Part shown: positions 60,146 to 64,000 of the stretch, piece after piece
How positions within the stretch are numbered: position 1 is the stretch's first letter
Layout of the letters: the number at the start of each line of letters is the position of its first letter
From: Macrostomum lignano
Lineage: Eukaryota
Length of the DNA: 64,000 bases
Reading direction: 5' to 3'
NCBI GenBank assembly: GCA_002269645.1
Contig: NIVC01000276.1
Coordinates: 62,001 to 126,000, forward strand
Program-made: the position numbers and the translations under genes
Notes under the pieces: generated by a model
Told to the model about the DNA's origin: nothing
What the model saw: the letters and a program-made list of their open reading frames with translations, nothing else
Database searches by the model: none

Positions 60146-63014
60146 TCACAGCGGGTCAACTGGCACGTCAAGCACCAGCTGCTGGCCAATGGCGGCGGAG
60201 GTCACGTGACCTCCGGCGCCGCTGCTCATCGCCGAGTCGCCGGACTCCGCCCACATCTCCATCTCGGTCTTGGCCGGGCACGGCAGTGTCGGCGGCCGCA
60301 GCCAGCGCGGATGCAGCGGAATCGCGGTCGTGACGGGCTTTTTGGTGTCCGGCTCGTCGGGCTTCAGCCGTCGGCCCAGTGGGATGAGGCTCCACCAGAT
60401 GAAGCTGGCCACCGTGGGGTCCAGAGCGGCCAAGCTGGACGGCGCCAGGGGCGGCTGGTCCCAGGCCCGGCGCAGCGTCCGCCGCTCTAGGGCCTGCAGA
60501 TTCTGGCCGAGCCGCACCGCCTGAAGCGCCGGCTGCACCGCGGAAGAGCAGTTCAGGAGGCCGCTTTCGCTGTCCGCAGAGTCCTGCTGCACCGAGCAGG
60601 TGGACACCACGCTGCTGGCCCGGCAGGCGGTCTCCTGGACCAGCAGAGCCGCGCTCTCCTCCAGCCGAACGATGCACCGTCGGGCGTAGTACGTCCGGCG
60701 TCTCCGGTGACTGTCCACAGCGCCTTCGCCACAGCCGACGTCTGCGTTGTTGTTTGCCGTCCGGCCGAGCGCGCTGCTTGGCGTGACGAAGTACGAATGG
60801 CTGTTGCCGCTGCCGCTGCTGCTGCTGCTGCAGACGCTGTTGATGCTGTTGACGTCATCGGAGCGGCTAGCGGCGAACTCGCTGTCCGTAGCGCTGCTGG
60901 AGATTCCGCCATCAACGCCGCTGGCAGCGCCGAAAGAATAGAAACGCGACGATGTCGGCGAGTGGCACGGACTGGGCTGCAGCGCCGTCAGCATATCGTC
61001 GATTTCGTCCCGGCGTCGGAGCAGATCTTCGAGCAGGTCGCATCGTCGGCGGCAGAAGCCGTTCCGACAGCTGTCGCCGCCGGTCGGTGCACCGACGAAC
61101 TCCGTGTCGCTAGGCTTTCGGCGCATTTGCATCACCTGCACCATCCGGCGAAGCTGCCGCTGCTGCTGGAGTTTTTCGCGCCCGACAGACGCCGTGACGC
61201 CGCTCGATCGAGCGCAGCCACCGCTGCTGCTGCTGGCAGAGGCAGCCGTCTGCGAGCTGGGCGATCCAATTAGCGAGCCGGCGGGCGGCGGCGGCCATCG
61301 GTACAGCGGCGGCTGTGACTGCTGGAACCCGGCTGTGGCCGATGTGTCATGGCGCCAAAAGACGGGCACCGCTGGCGGAGCGGTGGCCTTCACGGGCTCC
61401 GGCGCCGATGCAGCTGCGGTGACGAATCGCAGTGCGGTCTGCGGATCCGGTGACGTCACCAGCAGAGGCCAACGGGCAGCGGTGGAGGCGGCTTCCATGG
61501 CGGCCGCCTGTCTGAGGCTCATCGTCGGGCCGACTTGTTCGAAGACAAGCCAGCAGTGTAGCGGCTCCAGGAGCTCCTCTGGTGGTTGTCTGCCGCCGGT
61601 CCCAACGAACAGCCACTGGCTGCACGCCCGGCTGCAACGAGAGGCGCTGCGGCCCAGGCCGGACTTTGCCCAGGCGAAGCGACCGTCGGTTGCCATGCAA
61701 AGACGCTGAGATGCCACTGCAACGCAGCAGTTGCGGGAATTCCTGCTTCGCCGCTGCTGGCCGGAGTGCGGCTGCTGCTGCTGCTCGATGATTTGATGCT
61801 GACGGCGCGGTCGCTGAGTTGGAAGAGCGCGCACCACATCGGCTGGTGGGGCCAGCAGCGTCTGCACCGGCGCTGGCGGCAACATCAGCAGGAGCCGCTT
61901 CGGCTGTTCCACCTTACCGCCGAGTTGCTTCTCCAGGATTGGCTGCTGCTGCTGCTGCTGCAGCTCGTCCTCCAACGGACTGGCCAGGGACTCGACTGGC
62001 GATTCCGTGTAGGAAAATGTTGAGTCGTCGGCTGAAAACTCCATGGTGACATGCGTGTTTTGGCTGGTGAGCAGAGAGTCCGAGCTGAAGTTGTTTACAG
62101 GCTCTGGTTGCAACGACGTCTCTTGATGGCTGTGAAGCTTCCGACGCTGCTGACTCGGCGAATGAGTGGCGCCAAAGTGAGACGACAGGCTGGAGCAGCG
62201 CCTGGAATGGCATTGACATTTGCTAGAGGGAACTATGGAGTCGCGACCTTCTAAAGCGTCTCCTAAAAACTTGGCCACGTTTCAGCGTTGATTTGACTGG
62301 TTGTAAAATTTTGTAAAGCCCAGGTGAAATTTTTTACCTGGTTTCCGCCTGCTGCTGCCATTGCACTGCAGTCGTTGCTCTGACGGCACTTTGCGGCACA
62401 AAGAGTCGCGCTGAGAAGTCCGACTGCCACGGGGATGACGAAGATAGCTCTTCCGGATGAGCGACCAGACATCCGGGAGGATTCATCCGGGCAGGTGGCG
62501 GCGGGTACCGACTCCTACAGCAGGCCTGCCTGTCGACATCCTGCGACAACGTTGACGAATCTGGCTCCTCCTCAGTCGGCGCTGCCATCGACGTTGGTGA
62601 CAGACGCGCCGCTTTCATGGAGTGGCGCCTCCTTTGCGCGTCGCGGCGCTCTACGCTGCGGCGGAAGCGGCCAACCACAGTCTGCAGCCGGCGATAGGCC
62701 AGGCTGGCCCGACGCAGCGCGCTGACCTGCTGTCGGTAGTAGGCTGCCGAAGGTGACGGCTTCGGACCTACTCGCCCGTCCGGTTTTGGCCACAAAGGAA
62801 GTTGAACCTGTGGATTTTCAAATTTCTCATGGAGAGGCTTGGAGTGCACGTCATATCGTTGCGGCTGGCCCCGACGGCTGTTGTTCCCGTTGCAGTCGAG
62901 CAGTGACTCCCAGAGTTGTTTGTCGAAGGCGTTTAGCGTCACCGGGCCGAGGCAGGGTAAGTCGTCCAGCCACTTGCAGGTGACATCGCTGTGGCTGGCA
63001 TCGCAGGCGCTCAT
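60146..63014 (-). CDS. Uncharacterised low-complexity protein, 2 exons, ~917 aa
   Basis: Two long non-repeat GC-rich ORFs joined by a phase-2 intron (donor AG|GTAAAA at 62337, acceptor CCCTCTAG|C at 62223). Exons 63014-62338 and 62222-60146 total 2754 nt. No domain recognised. Confidence 0.55.
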
Positions 63015-64000
63015 GGCATGGCTTGGTGAATGGCTGGGTATGACGCCAGCAAAGCACAAAGGAGCTGATTCCTTCCACTAGCGCTGAATTAATTTTCCAA
63101 CTTTTTTGTTGTCCGTCGAATCAACAACTGAGCCACCAAAACAGCAAACTGCAGCAAATTATGTTTTATTATAAATATTCATGTTACTAAATTTAGCTTA
63201 CTCTATTTTTGCTCGATTGTATGAAAACATAGTTTTACCATAGATTTAAGATCGAGATTTACAAAATAAGGATTGATCAACCTCCGATTTTTTATCAAGA
63301 CAGCAATGCTCTATAGCAGATGACATATCATAAACATAATATGCATTCTTAGTCGAAATTTTAGTGTATAGGAAGAACTTGTTTTTAAATTTTTAAAGTA
63401 TACTGTATAAGCCAAAAATTTTTAGCTAGTCCTAACTACCACATCTCATCCACTTTCATTCGAGTCGAGTCTTGTCTATAACAAATATCGTTGATATAGC
63501 TAGGTGAGTAAAAGCCCTTATATATTTAATTTCAGAAGATAAACTGAAGAAATCATAGCTTCAATCTCTGAGTCGATTTCATTGCATTTATAAATACAAT
63601 TTAGAATATAGGATTTATTCTTTAGATTTTTAGAAAGTAAGATTATTCAGCATAATTAATGAAATAATCGTTGTAACTGATATGGTTTCAGTCAAAAGTT
63701 ATTTTTGCAATATTTAATTGGTATCCAAAACTTATATGGTCGTCAAATAATGGCTAAAATAAAATTTAATGTAACAAACTTTAACGGCATGGAGCGAGTA
63801 CGCCGTGACGCGGCGAAAACTAATATTAATACGGTTTTCAAATCAATGTTTTTTTCGAAGAAAAAAGTTGAAATTCTAGTCAATTGTACACCGAGACAAT
63901 TTTTTTACAAACATGGTGTGACTGTAAGCTGGACTGTATTTTTTAGAAAATAGTCTCCGTAGATGGTAATTATTTATTTATAACCAGTGTCAAATGACAA

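Noticed and set aside
63705-63953. 82-aa ORF in the terminal AT-rich region (also 2715-2897, 20999-21271, 29492-29686, 49562-49753)
   Set aside because: Short, AT-rich, no motifs or splice context; consistent with chance ORFs.

Overview
Eukaryotic (metazoan) genomic DNA with GC-rich exons, GT-AG introns and AT-rich spacers; no prokaryotic features and no CRISPR array. The style resembles a free-living flatworm such as Macrostomum, which is inference only. I reconstructed eight spliced genes by hand from splice sites, phase continuity and recognisable motifs: SPATA4-like (-), TFCP2/LSF CP2-family factor (+), WASHC1 (+), PEX5 (+), an MTUS1/MTUS2-like coiled-coil gene (+), a claudin-like four-TM gene (+), a globin with an MGC N-terminus (-) and an orphan ~917-aa gene (-). 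Most long introns are filled by their own minisatellite, so most long ORFs in the track are repeat artefacts. Best leads: (1) two equal-length (106 nt), same-phase, mutually incompatible exons in the MTUS-like gene, flanked by reverse-complementary intronic repeats; (2) an intronic class-I tRNA-like gene with a UAA anticodon; (3) a 1.9-kb tandem duplication creating an in-frame PEX5-repeat-WASH VCA chimeric ORF; (4) unpaired 3' splice acceptors exactly 12 nt upstream of both the WASHC1 and PEX5 ATGs, suggesting trans-splicing or an operon; (5) a possibly acylated globin; (6) a 42-bp array that is both an open 14-aa repeat and a phased CCAAT plus TCAAGGTCA site cluster. All coordinates were counted by eye and homology calls come from remembered family motifs, not database searches.
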